Positions 11,587 to 25,135 of a stretch of DNA of 64,000 nt are shown here, one piece after another (the stretch's first letter is position 1; every line of letters begins with the position of its first letter). Position numbers and translations under genes: made by a program. Source of the DNA: Escherichia coli (GTDB taxonomy: Bacteria > Pseudomonadota > Gammaproteobacteria > Enterobacterales > Enterobacteriaceae); assembly GCF_046105845.1 (NCBI RefSeq), contig NZ_CP151004.1, one strand, 5' to 3'. Below the pieces are notes generated by a model, which was not told the origin of the DNA, searched no databases, and saw only the letters and a list, made by a program, of their open reading frames with translations.

Positions 11587-12870
11587 ATGGCTGATACAAA
11601 AGCAAAACTCACCCTCAACGGGGACACAGCTGTTGAACTGGATGTGCTGAAAGGCACGCTGGGTCAAGATGTTATTGATATCCGTACTCTCGGTTCAAAA
11701 GGTGTGTTCACCTTTGACCCAGGCTTCACTTCAACCGCATCCTGCGAATCTAAAATTACTTTTATTGATGGTGATGAAGGTATTTTGCTGCACCGCGGTT
11801 TCCCGATCGATCAGCTGGCGACCGATTCTAACTACCTGGAAGTTTGTTACATCCTGCTGAATGGTGAAAAACCGACTCAGGAACAGTATGACGAATTTAA
11901 AACTACGGTGACCCGTCATACCATGATCCACGAGCAGATTACCCGTCTGTTCCATGCTTTCCGTCGCGACTCGCATCCAATGGCAGTCATGTGTGGTATT
12001 ACCGGCGCGCTGGCGGCGTTCTATCACGACTCGCTGGATGTTAACAATCCTCGTCATCGTGAAATTGCCGCGTTCCGCCTGCTGTCGAAAATGCCGACCA
12101 TGGCCGCGATGTGTTACAAGTATTCCATTGGTCAGCCATTTGTTTACCCGCGCAACGATCTCTCCTATGCCGGTAACTTCCTGAATATGATGTTCTCCAC
12201 GCCGTGCGAACCGTATGAAGTTAATCCGATTCTGGAACGTGCTATGGACCGTATTCTGATCCTGCACGCTGACCATGAACAGAACGCCTCTACCTCCACC
12301 GTGCGTACCGCTGGCTCTTCGGGGGCGAACCCGTTTGCCTGTATCGCAGCAGGTATTGCTTCACTGTGGGGACCTGCGCACGGTGGTGCTAACGAAGCGG
12401 CGCTGAAAATGCTGGAAGAAATCAGCTCCGTTAAACACATTCCGGAATTTGTTCGTCGTGCGAAAGATAAAAATGACTCTTTCCGCCTGATGGGCTTCGG
12501 TCACCGCGTATACAAAAATTACGACCCGCGCGCCACCGTAATGCGTGAAACCTGCCATGAAGTGCTGAAAGAGCTGGGCACCAAAGATGACCTGCTGGAA
12601 GTGGCTATGGAGCTGGAAAACATCGCGCTGAACGACCCGTACTTTATCGAGAAGAAACTCTATCCGAACGTCGATTTCTACTCTGGTATCATCCTGAAAG
12701 CGATGGGTATTCCGTCTTCTATGTTCACCGTGATCTTCGCTATGGCACGCACCGTTGGCTGGATCGCCCACTGGAGCGAAATGCACAGTGACGGTATGAA
12801 GATTGCCCGTCCGCGTCAACTGTATACAGGATATGAAAAACGCGACTTTAAAAGCGACATCAAGCGTTAA
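11587..12870 (+). CDS. gltA: Citrate synthase
   Basis: 427-aa [50 protein letters not shown]..., with catalytic His/Asp region ([14 protein letters not shown]). Confidence 0.97.
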   Translation: MADTKAKLTLNGDTAVELDVLKGTLGQDVIDIRTLGSKGVFTFDPGFTSTASCESKITFIDGDEGILLHRGFPIDQLATDSNYLEVCYILLNGEKPTQEQYDEFKTTVTRHTMIHEQITRLFHAFRRDSHPMAVMCGITGALAAFYHDSLDVNNPRHREIAAFRLLSKMPTMAAMCYKYSIGQPFVYPRNDLSYAGNFLNMMFSTPCEPYEVNPILERAMDRILILHADHEQNASTSTVRTAGSSGANPFACIAAGIASLWGPAHGGANEAALKMLEEISSVKHIPEFVRRAKDKNDSFRLMGFGHRVYKNYDPRATVMRETCHEVLKELGTKDDLLEVAMELENIALNDPYFIEKKLYPNVDFYSGIILKAMGIPSSMFTVIFAMARTVGWIAHWSEMHSDGMKIARPRQLYTGYEKRDFKSDIKR

Positions 12871-12900
12871 TGGTTGATTGCTAAGCCGTTTACTTTCCGG

Positions 12901-12930
12901 ACCCGCCTTTAATAGAGCGGGTTCTTTTTT
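12901..12930 (+). terminator. Rho-independent terminator of gltA
   Basis: ACCCGC-ctttaataga-GCGGGT hairpin followed by TCTTTTTT. Confidence 0.75.
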
Positions 12931-13259
12931 ATATGGCTGAACATAATAAATTGTAAAAATTAAACCAGATGCAAATACCCATTAATAAGGTGAAAAAATG
13001 TGACAAGTCACATACTGAGCAGAATGATAAGTTTATTTTTATACTTTCATGCCGGTAGCATTGTTAACCCAATGAAAATCATGCATATCCATCCCACCCC
13101 ATCCTTCATCTCATTAAACAATAAATTTATGCACTCAATTATTCCATTCTTTATATAACAAGCTTTTTAATATTGTTAAATAAAACCAAATACATTCAAC
13201 TGTCAGTTAATATATTCTTGCCTCGCAACACTCTATCTCATTATTTAAAGGACTCAGCT

Positions 13260-13826
13260 ATGTTTAAAGGACAAAAAACATTGGCCGCACTGGCCGTATC
13301 TCTGCTGTTCACTGCACCTGTTTATGCGGCTGATGAAGGATCCGGTGAAATTCACTTTAAAGGTGAAGTTATTGAAGCACCGTGTGAAATACATCAGGAT
13401 GATATTGATAAAGAAGTTGAACTCGGTCAGGTGACCACCAGCCACATTAATCAGTCGCATCACAGCGATGCCGTTGCTGTCGACCTGCGCTTAGTCAACT
13501 GCGATCTGGAAAACTCCAACAACGGTTCCGGCGGCAAGATTTCTAAAGTTGCAGTCACCTTTGACAGCTCAGCGAAAACCACCGGCGCAGATCCGATTCT
13601 CAACAACACCAGCACGGGTGAAGCGACCGGTGTCGGCGTGCGTTTAATGAATAAAGATCAAAGCAATATCGTTTTAGGCACCGCTACTCCAGATATCGAC
13701 CTGGCACCAACCTCCAGCGAACAAACGTTAAATTTCTTTGCGTGGATGGAACAAATTGATCAGGCTACGCCCGTAACACCAGGCGCAGTTACGGCGAATG
13801 CGACCTACGTACTGGATTATAAATAA
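13260..13826 (+). CDS. ybgD: Fimbrial major subunit-like protein (chaperone-usher pathway)
   Basis: Start chosen at MFKGQKTLAALAVSLLFTAPVYA (signal peptide) with an AGGA RBS upstream; 188 aa; C-terminal YVLDYK donor-strand-like tail. The track ORF begins further upstream at 13173. Confidence 0.88.
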   Translation: MFKGQKTLAALAVSLLFTAPVYAADEGSGEIHFKGEVIEAPCEIHQDDIDKEVELGQVTTSHINQSHHSDAVAVDLRLVNCDLENSNNGSGGKISKVAVTFDSSAKTTGADPILNNTSTGEATGVGVRLMNKDQSNIVLGTATPDIDLAPTSSEQTLNFFAWMEQIDQATPVTPGAVTANATYVLDYK

Positions 13827-13876
13827 GTATCACTTTGGCGGCGTCATCGCCGCCTTTCTTCAAATATTTATCAGGT

Positions 13877-16336
13877 ATGGACACCGTGAATATTTATCGA
13901 CTCTCTTTTATATCCTGCCTGGTCATGGCGATACCTTCCGCATTGGCGGTCGAATTCAACCTGAATGTCCTCGATAAATCGATGCGAGATCGCATTGATA
14001 TTTCATTATTAAAGGAAAAAGGGGGCATTGCTCCCGGTGAATATTTTGTTAGCGTTGCAGTAAATAACAACCAAATCAGTAACGGACAAAAAATTGACTG
14101 GAAAAAGAACGGTGACCAAACCATTCCGTGTATTAATGATTTACTGGTAGATAAATTTGGTTTAAAACCTGAAGTTCGTCAGTCGTTACCACGGTTAAAC
14201 CAGTGCGTCGATTTTAGCTCCCGGCCTGAAATTCTCTTCATTTTTGATCAGGCTAGCCAGCAACTGAATATCACTATTCCACAAGCCTGGCTGGCGTGGC
14301 ACTCAGATAACTGGACTCCCCCCTCAACATGGAAAGAAGGTGTCGCCGGCGTCCTGATGGATTACAACCTGTTTGCAAGCAGCTACCGCCCACAGGATGG
14401 TAGCAACAGCACTAACCTGAACGCCTATGGAACAGCCGGAATTAACGCCGGGGCATGGCGCTTACGCAGTGATTACCAGCTTAATAAGACCGATAGCGAA
14501 GATAACCATGACCAGTCAGGCGGAATATCGCGCACCTATCTTTTTCGTCCATTACCGCAATTAGGCTCTAAGTTAACCCTCGGCGAAACCGATTTCAGTT
14601 CCAATATTTTCGACGGCTTTTCTTATACCGGCGCGGCACTGGCAAGTGACGATCGGATGTTACCGTGGGAGCTACGCGGCTACGCCCCACAAATCAGCGG
14701 CATTGCACAAACCAACGCCACCGTCACCGTGAGTCACTCAGGGCGAGTTATTTACCAGAAAAAAGTCCCACCAGGTCCGTTTATCATTGATGACCTTAAT
14801 CAGTCCGTCCAGGGTACGTTGGATGTCAAAGTGACGGAAGAAGATGGTCGGGTGAACAATTTCCAGGTTTCGGCAGCATCGACGCCCTTCCTGACTCGCC
14901 AGGGACAGGTTCGCTATAAATTGGCCGCGGGTCAGCCACGGCCCTCCATGTCACATCAAACTGAAAATGAAACCTTTTTTAGCAATGAAGTTTCCTGGGG
15001 GATGCTGTCAAATACCTCGCTGTACGGCGGCCTGCTGATTTCGGGTGACGACTACCATTCTGCCGCAATGGGTATCGGGCAAAATATGCTCTGGCTTGGT
15101 GCATTGTCGTTTGATGTCACCTGGGCCAGTAGTCAGTTTGATACTCAGCAGGACGAGCGGGGCTTAAGTTACCGCTTTAATTACAGCAAACAAGTGGATG
15201 CCACTAACAGCACGATTTCGCTCGCCGCTTATCGCTTTTCAGATCGTCATTTTCACAGCTACGCCAACTATCTGGATCACAAATACAACGACAACGATGC
15301 GCAGGACGAAAAACAGACGATCAGCTTATCCGTGGGGCAACCGATTACCCCACTGAACCTCAATCTGTACGCCAACCTGCTGCATCAAACCTGGTGGAAT
15401 GCAGACGCCTCCACGACCGCCAACATCACGGCGGGTTTTAATGTTGATATTGGTAACTGGAGAGATATCTCGATCTCGACGTCATTCAATACAACCCATT
15501 ACGAAGATAAAGATCGCGACAATCAGATTTACCTGTCGATTTCGCTTCCCTTCGGTAACGGGGGGCGGGTCGGTTATGACATGCAAAACAGTAGTCAAAG
15601 CACCACGCACCGCATGTCGTGGAATGATACGTTGGATGAACGTAATAGCTGGGGCATGTCTACCGGACTGCAATCCGACCGTCCGGATAATGGAGCCCAG
15701 GTGAGCGGTAACTATCAGCACCTGAGTTCAGCGGGTGAGTGGGATATTTCTGGTACCTATGCCGCCAATGATTACAGTTCCGTCAGCAGCAGCTGGAGCG
15801 GTTCTTTCACGGCAACTCAATATGGTGCGGCGTTCCATCGTCGCAGCTCCACCAATGAACCACGTCTGATGGTCAGTACCGATGGCGTGGCAGATATTCC
15901 GGTTCAGGGCCATCTCGACTACACCAACCATTTTGGCATTGCGGTGGTGCCGTTGATTTCCAGTTATCAGCCTTCCACCGTGGCGGTGAACATGAATGAC
16001 TTACCCAACGGCGTAACAGTGGCAGAAAACGTTATCAAAGAAACGTGGATTGAAGGCGCGATAGGTTACAAATCACTGGCTTCCCGTTCCGGTAAAGACG
16101 TTAACGTCATCATTCGCAACGCCAGCGGTCAGTTCCCTCCCCTCGGTGCGGATATCCGCCAGGATGATAGCAGCATTAGCGTGGGGATGGTTGGCGAGGA
16201 AGGACACGCCTGGTTAAGTGGAGTCTCTGAAAATCAACAATTTACCGTGGTCTGGGGTGATAGCCAGCGTTGCTCGATCCATCTTCCTGAACATATGGAA
16301 GACACCGCAAATCGCCTGATTTTACCTTGTCATTAA
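13877..16336 (+). CDS. ybgQ: Fimbrial outer-membrane usher protein
   Basis: Large ORF (track: 13835..16336, 833 aa) with an usher-like N-terminal signal peptide MDTVNIYRLSFISCLVMAIPSALA. The exact start is uncertain (TTG 13835, ATG 13877 or GTG 13886). Confidence 0.88.
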   Translation: MDTVNIYRLSFISCLVMAIPSALAVEFNLNVLDKSMRDRIDISLLKEKGGIAPGEYFVSVAVNNNQISNGQKIDWKKNGDQTIPCINDLLVDKFGLKPEVRQSLPRLNQCVDFSSRPEILFIFDQASQQLNITIPQAWLAWHSDNWTPPSTWKEGVAGVLMDYNLFASSYRPQDGSNSTNLNAYGTAGINAGAWRLRSDYQLNKTDSEDNHDQSGGISRTYLFRPLPQLGSKLTLGETDFSSNIFDGFSYTGAALASDDRMLPWELRGYAPQISGIAQTNATVTVSHSGRVIYQKKVPPGPFIIDDLNQSVQGTLDVKVTEEDGRVNNFQVSAASTPFLTRQGQVRYKLAAGQPRPSMSHQTENETFFSNEVSWGMLSNTSLYGGLLISGDDYHSAAMGIGQNMLWLGALSFDVTWASSQFDTQQDERGLSYRFNYSKQVDATNSTISLAAYRFSDRHFHSYANYLDHKYNDNDAQDEKQTISLSVGQPITPLNLNLYANLLHQTWWNADASTTANITAGFNVDIGNWRDISISTSFNTTHYEDKDRDNQIYLSISLPFGNGGRVGYDMQNSSQSTTHRMSWNDTLDERNSWGMSTGLQSDRPDNGAQVSGNYQHLSSAGEWDISGTYAANDYSSVSSSWSGSFTATQYGAAFHRRSSTNEPRLMVSTDGVADIPVQGHLDYTNHFGIAVVPLISSYQPSTVAVNMNDLPNGVTVAENVIKETWIEGAIGYKSLASRSGKDVNVIIRNASGQFPPLGADIRQDDSSISVGMVGEEGHAWLSGVSENQQFTVVWGDSQRCSIHLPEHMEDTANRLILPCH

Positions 16337-16351
16337 TTAAGGAAATGAAAA

Positions 16352-17083
16352 ATGACATTTATGAAAGGACTTCCCCTTTTGTTGTTGATTGCCAGTCTCT
16401 GCAGCTACGCTGCGCTACAACCCGATCGCACTCGCATTGTGTTTAACGCTAATGATAAAGCCACCAGCCTGCGAGTGGATAATCGTAGCGATAAACTCCC
16501 CTACCTCGCTTATTCCTGGCTCGAAAATGAAAAAGGGGAGAAAAGCGATGATCTTCTGGTTGCCCTGCCACCGATACAACGTCTGGAACCGAAAGCAACA
16601 ACGCAGGTACGGATAGTAAAGCAAGTCTCGACCACAAAATTACCGGGCGATCGCGAAACGCTATTTTTCTACAATATGCGTGAAATTCCTCCCGCCCCGG
16701 AAAAAAATAGCGACCATGCCGTTCTGCAAGTCGCCATTCAGAGTCGTATCAAGGTATTCTGGCGACCGGCTGCATTACGCAAGAAAGCAGGAGAAAAGGT
16801 CGAACTGCAGTTACAGGTCAGCCAGCAGGGCAACCAACTGACACTGAAAAATCCTACCGCGTATTATCTGACCATTGCCTATCTGGGGAGAAATGAAAAA
16901 GGCGTTCTCCCGGGCTTCAAAACCGTGATGGTTGCGCCTTTTAGTACAGTAATTACAAACACCGGAAGTTATAGCGGCAGTCAGTTTTATCTCGGTTATA
17001 TGGATGATTACGGCGCGTTACGCATGACGACGCTCAATTGCAACGGACATTGCCGTTTACAAGCAGTGGAGGCGAAGAAATGA
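16352..17083 (+). CDS. ybgP: Periplasmic fimbrial chaperone (PapD-like)
   Basis: 243-aa [63 protein letters not shown]...; its stop overlaps the ybgO start. Confidence 0.9.
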   Translation: MTFMKGLPLLLLIASLCSYAALQPDRTRIVFNANDKATSLRVDNRSDKLPYLAYSWLENEKGEKSDDLLVALPPIQRLEPKATTQVRIVKQVSTTKLPGDRETLFFYNMREIPPAPEKNSDHAVLQVAIQSRIKVFWRPAALRKKAGEKVELQLQVSQQGNQLTLKNPTAYYLTIAYLGRNEKGVLPGFKTVMVAPFSTVITNTGSYSGSQFYLGYMDDYGALRMTTLNCNGHCRLQAVEAKK

Positions 17084-18141
17084 GTACTGGCAAAGGATTG
17101 TTGCTCGTCATCTGTCTGTTATTTCTGCCATTGAAGTCTGCGCTAGCGCTGAACTGCTATTTTGGTACTTCCGGTGGAACGGTAGAAAAATCGGAAGCGA
17201 TTCAACCCTTTGCTGTGCCAGGTAATGCCAAACCCGGCGATAAGATTTGGGAATCTGACGATATTAAAATTCCCGTCTATTGTGACAACAATACCAACGG
17301 CAACTTTGAAAGTGAGCATGTCTACGCCTGGGTAAACCCCTACCCGGGGGTGCAGGATCGCTATTATCAACTCGGCGTAACTTACAATGGCGTTGATTAT
17401 GACGCCAACCAGGGAAAAAGCCGCATCGACACTAACCAGTGTATCGACAGTAAGAACATTGACATTTATACCCCTGAGCAGATTATCGCGATGGGATGGC
17501 AGAACAAAATTTGCTCGGGCGATCCCGCTAATATTCATATGTCGCGTACCTTTCTCGCTCGCATGCGGTTATACGTCAAAATACGAGAAATGCCTCCGCA
17601 TGATTATCAAAGTACGCTTAGCGACTATATCGTCGTGCAATTTGACGGTGCCGGTAGCGTTAACGAAGACCCTACCGCCCAAAACCTGAAATATCATATT
17701 ACTGGTCTGGAAAACATTCGCGTGCTGGATTGCAGCGTCAATTTTTCTATTTCACCAGAAACACAGGTGATTGATTTTGGTAAATTTAATTTGCTGGATA
17801 TTCGTCGCCACACAATGTCGAAAACATTCAGTATTAAGACGACAAAATCACAAAATGACCAATGCACCGACGGATTTAAAGTCAGTTCCTCCTTTTATAC
17901 CGAAGAAACGTTGGTTGAAGAAGATAAAGCATTGTTGATTGGTAATGGTCTGAAGCTACGTTTGCTGGATGAAAACGCCTCGCCTTATACCTTCAATAAA
18001 TATGCTGAATACGCCGATTTCACCAGCGATATGCTGATCTACGAAAAAACCTATACGGCTGAACTTTCGTCCATTCCAGGTACCCCCATCGAGGCTGGCC
18101 CCTTCGATACAGTGGTGCTTTTTAAGATTAACTATAACTGA
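17080..18141 (+). CDS. ybgO: Fimbrial minor subunit / putative tip adhesin
   Basis: Start set at [23 protein letters not shown] (353 aa) with a GGAGG RBS; the track ORF begins at 17038. Confidence 0.85.
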   Translation: MSTGKGLLLVICLLFLPLKSALALNCYFGTSGGTVEKSEAIQPFAVPGNAKPGDKIWESDDIKIPVYCDNNTNGNFESEHVYAWVNPYPGVQDRYYQLGVTYNGVDYDANQGKSRIDTNQCIDSKNIDIYTPEQIIAMGWQNKICSGDPANIHMSRTFLARMRLYVKIREMPPHDYQSTLSDYIVVQFDGAGSVNEDPTAQNLKYHITGLENIRVLDCSVNFSISPETQVIDFGKFNLLDIRRHTMSKTFSIKTTKSQNDQCTDGFKVSSSFYTEETLVEEDKALLIGNGLKLRLLDENASPYTFNKYAEYADFTSDMLIYEKTYTAELSSIPGTPIEAGPFDTVVLFKINYN

Positions 18142-18292
18142 TTTGCCATGGTGTCCTTTGCAGCCGGAAAGGGCATCTCTTTCAGAAAATTGCTGATTTT
18201 CCCCTTTTCCTTGATTGCTGTTATTTTTTCCTGGCCCGGCTTTCTTTATGCTGTATCGATACACCAAAGAGAAAATAATGAGGGAGCGAAGG

Positions 18293-19339
18293 ATGCCAGT
18301 TTTGCAGTGGGGAATGTTATGTGTGCTATCACTTCTCCTTTCTATTGGTTTCCTCGCGGTACATCTCCCGGCGGCACTATTACTTGGGCCGATGATCGCC
18401 GGGATCATCTTTAGTATGCGCGGAATTACTCTGCAACTTCCCCGCTCCGCTTTTCTCGCCGCCCAGGCCATTCTTGGCTGCATGATTGCGCAAAACCTCA
18501 CTGGTTCGATTCTCACCACCCTGGCCGTCAACTGGCCGATCGTGCTTGCAATTTTACTGGTGACGCTGCTTTCCAGCGCCATCGTGGGTTGGTTATTGGT
18601 GCGCTATAGCTCACTGCCTGGAAATACCGGTGCCTGGGGTTCTTCTCCTGGCGGCGCGGCGGCAATGGTCGCTATGGCGCAAGATTACGGCGCAGATATT
18701 CGCCTGGTGGCGTTTATGCAATATCTGCGAGTGCTGTTCGTCGCAGGGGCCGCTGTTCTGGTCACCCGCATGATGCTGGGCGATAACGCTGAAGCGGTTA
18801 ACCAGCAGATCGTCTGGTTCCCGCCAGTGAGCATTAATCTCCTGCTTACGATTTTGCTCGCGGTCGTTGCCGGTACGGCGGGATGCTTGCTACGTCTTCC
18901 TTCCGGCACGATGCTCATCCCGATGCTGGCGGGCGCAGTGCTCCAGTCTGGTCAGCTCATCACGATTGAACTCCCGGAATGGCTGCTGGCGATGGCGTAT
19001 ATGGCAATTGGCTGGAGGATTGGTCTTGGTTTCGATAAGCAAATCTTACTGCGAGCATTGCGCCCACTGCCACAAATCTTGCTGTCGATTTTTGCTCTGC
19101 TGGCTATTTGTGCAGGTATGGCGTGGGGGCTGACCCGGTTTATGCATATTGATTTTATGACCGCCTACCTCGCCACCAGTCCCGGCGGGCTTGATACCGT
19201 GGCGGTCATCGCCGCAGGGAGCAATGCCGATATGGCGCTTATTATGGCGATGCAAACCCTGCGCCTGTTCAGTATTTTGCTGACGGGGCCAGCCATTGCG
19301 CGGTTTATTTCAACCTATGCGCCGAAGCGGTCGGCCTAG
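18293..19339 (+). CDS. abrB: AbrB-family inner membrane protein (putative regulator/transporter)
   Basis: Start set at [26 protein letters not shown] (348 aa) with RBS AGGGAG; polytopic hydrophobic protein. The track ORF begins at 18215. Confidence 0.9.
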   Translation: MPVLQWGMLCVLSLLLSIGFLAVHLPAALLLGPMIAGIIFSMRGITLQLPRSAFLAAQAILGCMIAQNLTGSILTTLAVNWPIVLAILLVTLLSSAIVGWLLVRYSSLPGNTGAWGSSPGGAAAMVAMAQDYGADIRLVAFMQYLRVLFVAGAAVLVTRMMLGDNAEAVNQQIVWFPPVSINLLLTILLAVVAGTAGCLLRLPSGTMLIPMLAGAVLQSGQLITIELPEWLLAMAYMAIGWRIGLGFDKQILLRALRPLPQILLSIFALLAICAGMAWGLTRFMHIDFMTAYLATSPGGLDTVAVIAAGSNADMALIMAMQTLRLFSILLTGPAIARFISTYAPKRSA

Positions 19340-20127
19340 TGCTGGCAGCCTGGACACCAGTAAAACGGGCGCGAGGACAACGTGGTTTTCTCAATGATGC
19401 TGCCACAGCGTTCACACGGTTCGCCATCACGATGAAAAACCTTAAAGCGAAACAACGCCCCATGATGTTTATTCTCATCCACCTGCCCCCGCGTAGCGTA
19501 AGAAAGTCGAGGAATATCCAGTAACGCGTGTGCGAGTGCATCCAGTTGCGCCGCACTGAGATCTTTCGCTTTATGATTGCCGGTTAACCCCACCTGCCAG
19601 AGGATCTCCACCCGCAAATAATTGCCAAGTCCTGCCAGAAACGCCTGATCGAGCAGTAATCCAGCAAACTGACGGTTACGAAAGCGCGGCGACAATAATC
19701 GTTCCTTTACCACCTCCGGCGTCAGATTCGGATCCAGCACATCGGGGCCAACGCGTTGTAAAAACGGATGCGTGGTCAGTTGTTCCGGGGTCAACATCTC
19801 AATATCCGAGGCGCTATAAAGCAGAATGGTTTTGTCAGCCGTTTGCAGTTTTACCCGCAATACTCGCGTGGTCTGCGGCTCTTCGCCGGTATCAACCACG
19901 CGCCAGACGCCGTAAAGCTGATTATGGCTGTAGAGCGTTAAACCGTTGGAAAAATGAGTTAACAACGCCTTACCTCGCGTTTCCACATGGGTAACGTGTT
20001 GACCGATAAGTTGTGATTGATAAGGTTCTAACTGCGGGAAGGCAAACCAGACATCAGTTAGTGGTTTGCCTTTGATCGCCGCCTCCAGGTTATCCGCTGC
20101 ACGGCGGATCTCCGGGCCTTCAGGCAT
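19336..20127 (-). CDS. nei: Endonuclease VIII (DNA glycosylase / AP lyase)
   Basis: 263-aa [36 protein letters not shown]... with N-terminal catalytic PEGPE and a C-terminal zinc finger (CERCGS...CPGCQ). Convergent with abrB, overlapping by 4 nt. Confidence 0.96.
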   Translation of the reverse strand: MPEGPEIRRAADNLEAAIKGKPLTDVWFAFPQLEPYQSQLIGQHVTHVETRGKALLTHFSNGLTLYSHNQLYGVWRVVDTGEEPQTTRVLRVKLQTADKTILLYSASDIEMLTPEQLTTHPFLQRVGPDVLDPNLTPEVVKERLLSPRFRNRQFAGLLLDQAFLAGLGNYLRVEILWQVGLTGNHKAKDLSAAQLDALAHALLDIPRLSYATRGQVDENKHHGALFRFKVFHRDGEPCERCGSIIEKTTLSSRPFYWCPGCQH

Positions 20128-20162
20128 GGTGATATCCTTTTTTCATTCTTTATTAAGCGGGG

Positions 20163-20897
20163 TTATGCTGCGACAACAATCCCCTTTTCGGCAAATGTAG
20201 AGCGTAGTCGGCGGGCGAATGCCAGTGCGTGTTCTCCATCGCCATGCAGGCAGACCGTTTGCGCCGTGACCGTTGCCCATTCGCCGTTGATACTTTTGAC
20301 TCTGCCGTGTTGCACCATCTCCAACGTTTGCGCCAGCGCCTGTTCTTCGTTTTCAATCAACGCGCCTGGCTGGCTTCGCGGCACCAGCGAGCCGTCAGCC
20401 TGATAACCGCGATCGGCAAACACTTCCTCGCGCGTTATCAGACCATATCGCTTGCCTGCACGAATCAGCTCGCTTCCCGCCAGCCCGACGAGAATCAATG
20501 ACGGATCGCAAGCGTATACCGCTCTGGCGATGGCGTCTGCCAGTTGTGCCTCTTTCGCCGCCTGGTTGTATAACATGCCGTGCGGTTTGACATGACGCAT
20601 TACGCCCCCTTGTGCACGGGTAATCGCTGCCAGCGCGCCAATTTGATACAGCGTCTGGGCGTAAACGGTTTCTGGCGGCAGCTGCATGGCACTGCGACCA
20701 AAATTTTCCCGGTCGGGAAAACTCGGGTGAGCGCCAATCGCGACACCATTTTTTATTGCTTCACGCACGCAAGCCTGCATGATTTGCGCATCGCCTGCAT
20801 GAAATCCACAAGCAATATTGGCAGAGGAAACCAGCGTTAATAGCTCTGCGTCGCTGGCGCAGCCTTCGCCCAGATCGGCGTTCAGGTCAATTTTCAT
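20163..20897 (-). CDS. pxpA: 5-oxoprolinase subunit A (LamB/YcsF family)
   Basis: 244-aa [43 protein letters not shown]... Confidence 0.95.
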   Translation of the reverse strand: MKIDLNADLGEGCASDAELLTLVSSANIACGFHAGDAQIMQACVREAIKNGVAIGAHPSFPDRENFGRSAMQLPPETVYAQTLYQIGALAAITRAQGGVMRHVKPHGMLYNQAAKEAQLADAIARAVYACDPSLILVGLAGSELIRAGKRYGLITREEVFADRGYQADGSLVPRSQPGALIENEEQALAQTLEMVQHGRVKSINGEWATVTAQTVCLHGDGEHALAFARRLRSTFAEKGIVVAA

Positions 20898-21819
20898 TGT
20901 GCAGCCGCCACGCTAATTGTTCGAAATAACGTTGTTGATCTTGCCGCGCTTTCAGTGCCTCTTCCAGTGAACACTGGACAAAATGAATCGGCTGACCGAG
21001 CGGAATTTGCGCCAGATGGTACATATCAGCCTCAATGATACAGGCAATACGCGGATAACCACCGGTGGTCTGTGCGTCGTTCATCAATACAATCGGCTGG
21101 CCGTTATGCGGCACTTGCACCACACCCGGCAACAAACCGTGAGATAACAGTTCGCGATCGGTGGTGCGTTTTAAAATTTGCCCCTGTAAGCGATAGCCCA
21201 TGCGGTTACTTTGCGGACTAAGCTGCCAGGGCGAACGCCAGAATGCATCCTGCGAGGCGCGATCGAACTCATGATATTCCGGCCCCGGCAAGGCGCGAAT
21301 GCGGTTGCCCCACAGCAGCTGTTTAACGCCCTGCGCTTCCATAAAATCACGCTTCGATTTACCCATCGGGAGTCGGTCACCATCCTTCAGTAAACGGCCT
21401 TCCAGCCCGCCAATCCCCACTTTGAGATCGGTACTGCATGACCCCATTACCGGCGGAACATCAATACCACCCGCGACCGCCAGATAACTGCGCATCCCGT
21501 GCAGCGGGCGTTTAAGCGTTAAACGCTGGCCTGCTTTCATCGGCAATCGCCAGCCAGTCCAGACGGCATTATCATCCAGCCGCGCTTCGCAACCTGCCCC
21601 CGTCAGGGCAAACCACCCATCAGTTTCGAACTCTACCGTTAACTGACCGAGCGTTATCTCCAGCGCGGGGGCATTGGCGTCATTACCCACCAGCAGGTTA
21701 GCAATGCGTAACGCAGGCATATCCAGTGCGCCGCAGTGGCTGATACCCGACTGGCGAAAACCGTGACGACCGCCATCCTGCACAGTGGTATACATGCCCG
21801 CACGAATAATCTTCAGCAT
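20887..21819 (-). CDS. pxpC: 5-oxoprolinase subunit C
   Basis: 310-aa [36 protein letters not shown]... Confidence 0.93.
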   Translation of the reverse strand: MLKIIRAGMYTTVQDGGRHGFRQSGISHCGALDMPALRIANLLVGNDANAPALEITLGQLTVEFETDGWFALTGAGCEARLDDNAVWTGWRLPMKAGQRLTLKRPLHGMRSYLAVAGGIDVPPVMGSCSTDLKVGIGGLEGRLLKDGDRLPMGKSKRDFMEAQGVKQLLWGNRIRALPGPEYHEFDRASQDAFWRSPWQLSPQSNRMGYRLQGQILKRTTDRELLSHGLLPGVVQVPHNGQPIVLMNDAQTTGGYPRIACIIEADMYHLAQIPLGQPIHFVQCSLEEALKARQDQQRYFEQLAWRLHNEN

Positions 21820-22469
21820 ACTCCCTCCTTCTGCGGTACAAAGCGCACGCTGTCTCCCGGACGTAATAAGATGGGTTCGTCACGCGCCGGATCAAACAGG
21901 CTGAGTGAGGTATGACCAATCAACTGCCAGCCACCCGGCGTTGCCAGCGGATAAACACCAGTCTGTGGCCCGCCGATCCCGACAGAACCTGCCGGAACGA
22001 GCAAGCGCGGTTCAGCGCGCCGTGGCGTGTGTATTTGTTCCGGCAAACTCCCGAGATACGGGAAGCCCGGTTGAAAACCTAAAAACCAGACCACGTATTC
22101 CACGGAGGAGTGTAATTCAACAACCTGTTTCTCACTCAACCCACAATGCGCCGCGACCACCGCTAAATCCGGTCCGCCTGCACCACCGTAAACCACCGGA
22201 ATTTCAATAAAGCGAGACTCCGGCTCCAGCGCCTCACTCTCCTCCCACCAGCGTTGCAAACGCTCTATGGCATCCAGCGCCAGCGACTCAGGATTACGCA
22301 AAATCACCGTGATATTGTTCATGCCGGGAATGGCTTCAACCACATTCGGCATATCCACCAGACGCTGTGCCAGTCGCCAGATCCGTTTCTGGCTAGCCAG
22401 CGTCACCGGCGGTTCCAGTTCCAGCACTACCGCCGTTTCACCTATCAGATAACAACGCGCTCGTTGCAC
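21813..22469 (-). CDS. pxpB: 5-oxoprolinase subunit B
   Basis: 218-aa [40 protein letters not shown]...; overlaps pxpC. Confidence 0.93.
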   Translation of the reverse strand: MQRARCYLIGETAVVLELEPPVTLASQKRIWRLAQRLVDMPNVVEAIPGMNNITVILRNPESLALDAIERLQRWWEESEALEPESRFIEIPVVYGGAGGPDLAVVAAHCGLSEKQVVELHSSVEYVVWFLGFQPGFPYLGSLPEQIHTPRRAEPRLLVPAGSVGIGGPQTGVYPLATPGGWQLIGHTSLSLFDPARDEPILLRPGDSVRFVPQKEGVC

Positions 22470-22491
22470 TTTCGATCCCTCTGATTATTCG

Positions 22492-23235
22492 TTATGCAGG
22501 ATTAGGAATATCAATAAAGGTCACATCAAGATCGGTATTTTCATTCAGCCACTCGCTCAACGCGCGAATACCACCACGTTCAGTGGCATGGTGACCCGCA
22601 GCATAAAAATGCAATCCCTGCTCGCGGGCTGAATGAATGGTCTGTTCAGAAACTTCGCCAGTAATAAAAGCATCCACGCCAAAACGCGCGGCGCTATCGA
22701 TAAAACTTTGCCCGCCGCCCGTGCACCAGGCAACGCGCTGGACCACCTCAGGTCCGGTATCGCCACACCATAACGGCTTACGTCCCAGACGCGCTTCAAT
22801 CCAGGAGGCTAGTTCCAGTCCCGGCACAGGCATGGTCAGTTCGCCCCACGGCACCAACGGCTCAATTTCGCCCATGACCGTGATCCCCAGTAACGCCGCC
22901 AGCTGTGCGTTATTGCCCAGCTCAGGATGTGCGTCAAGCGGCAAATGCCAGCCATACAGGTTGATATCATTTGCCAGCAACGTTTTTAAACGGTTACGCT
23001 TCATGCCGCGAATGACCGGAGATTCGCCTTTCCAGAAGTAGCCATGATGCACAATGACCGCATCCGCGCCCAGACGCACTGCCTCATCGAGCAAAGCCTG
23101 GCTGGCAGTGACACCGGTAACAATTTTTTGCACCGTCTCTTTGCCTTCCACCTGCAAACCATTCGGCGCGTAATCACTAATCGCCGCGCTGTTCAGTTTT
23201 TCGTTAATCAGTTGTTCCAGTTCGGTGTTTTTCAT
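22492..23235 (-). CDS. ybgI: Nif3-family metal-binding protein (GTP cyclohydrolase 1 type 2 homolog)
   Basis: 247-aa ORF MKNTELEQLINEKLNSAAISDYAPNGLQVEGKETVQKIVTGVTAS... Confidence 0.95.
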   Translation of the reverse strand: MKNTELEQLINEKLNSAAISDYAPNGLQVEGKETVQKIVTGVTASQALLDEAVRLGADAVIVHHGYFWKGESPVIRGMKRNRLKTLLANDINLYGWHLPLDAHPELGNNAQLAALLGITVMGEIEPLVPWGELTMPVPGLELASWIEARLGRKPLWCGDTGPEVVQRVAWCTGGGQSFIDSAARFGVDAFITGEVSEQTIHSAREQGLHFYAAGHHATERGGIRALSEWLNENTDLDVTFIDIPNPA

Positions 23236-23322
23236 CTTCGCGCCTTCCGTATTCTGATAGCTACACCGTTAACATAGCGTTACCTCGCCTGTTCGTCGAT
23301 AGCCAATCTTTTGACATATTAA

Positions 23323-24987
<1,665 letters not shown>

Positions 24988-24999
24988 CAGGCCAGCACC

Positions 25000-25130
25000 G
25001 ATGCCTGATGCGACGCTTAATGCGTCTTATCAGGCCTGGATTTCCCTGCAATATATTGAATTTGCACTATTTGCCAGGCCGGAGAAGGCGTTCACGCAGT
25101 ATCCGGCATCCGGGCAAGATTGCCTGACGC
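25000..25130. repeat. REP (repetitive extragenic palindrome) cluster between convergent dtpD and phr
   Basis: GCCTGATGCGACGCTTAATGCGTCTTATCAGGCC and a second GCCGGA...TCCGGC unit; typical E. coli REP sequence. Confidence 0.75.
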
Positions 25131-25135
25131 GTCTG

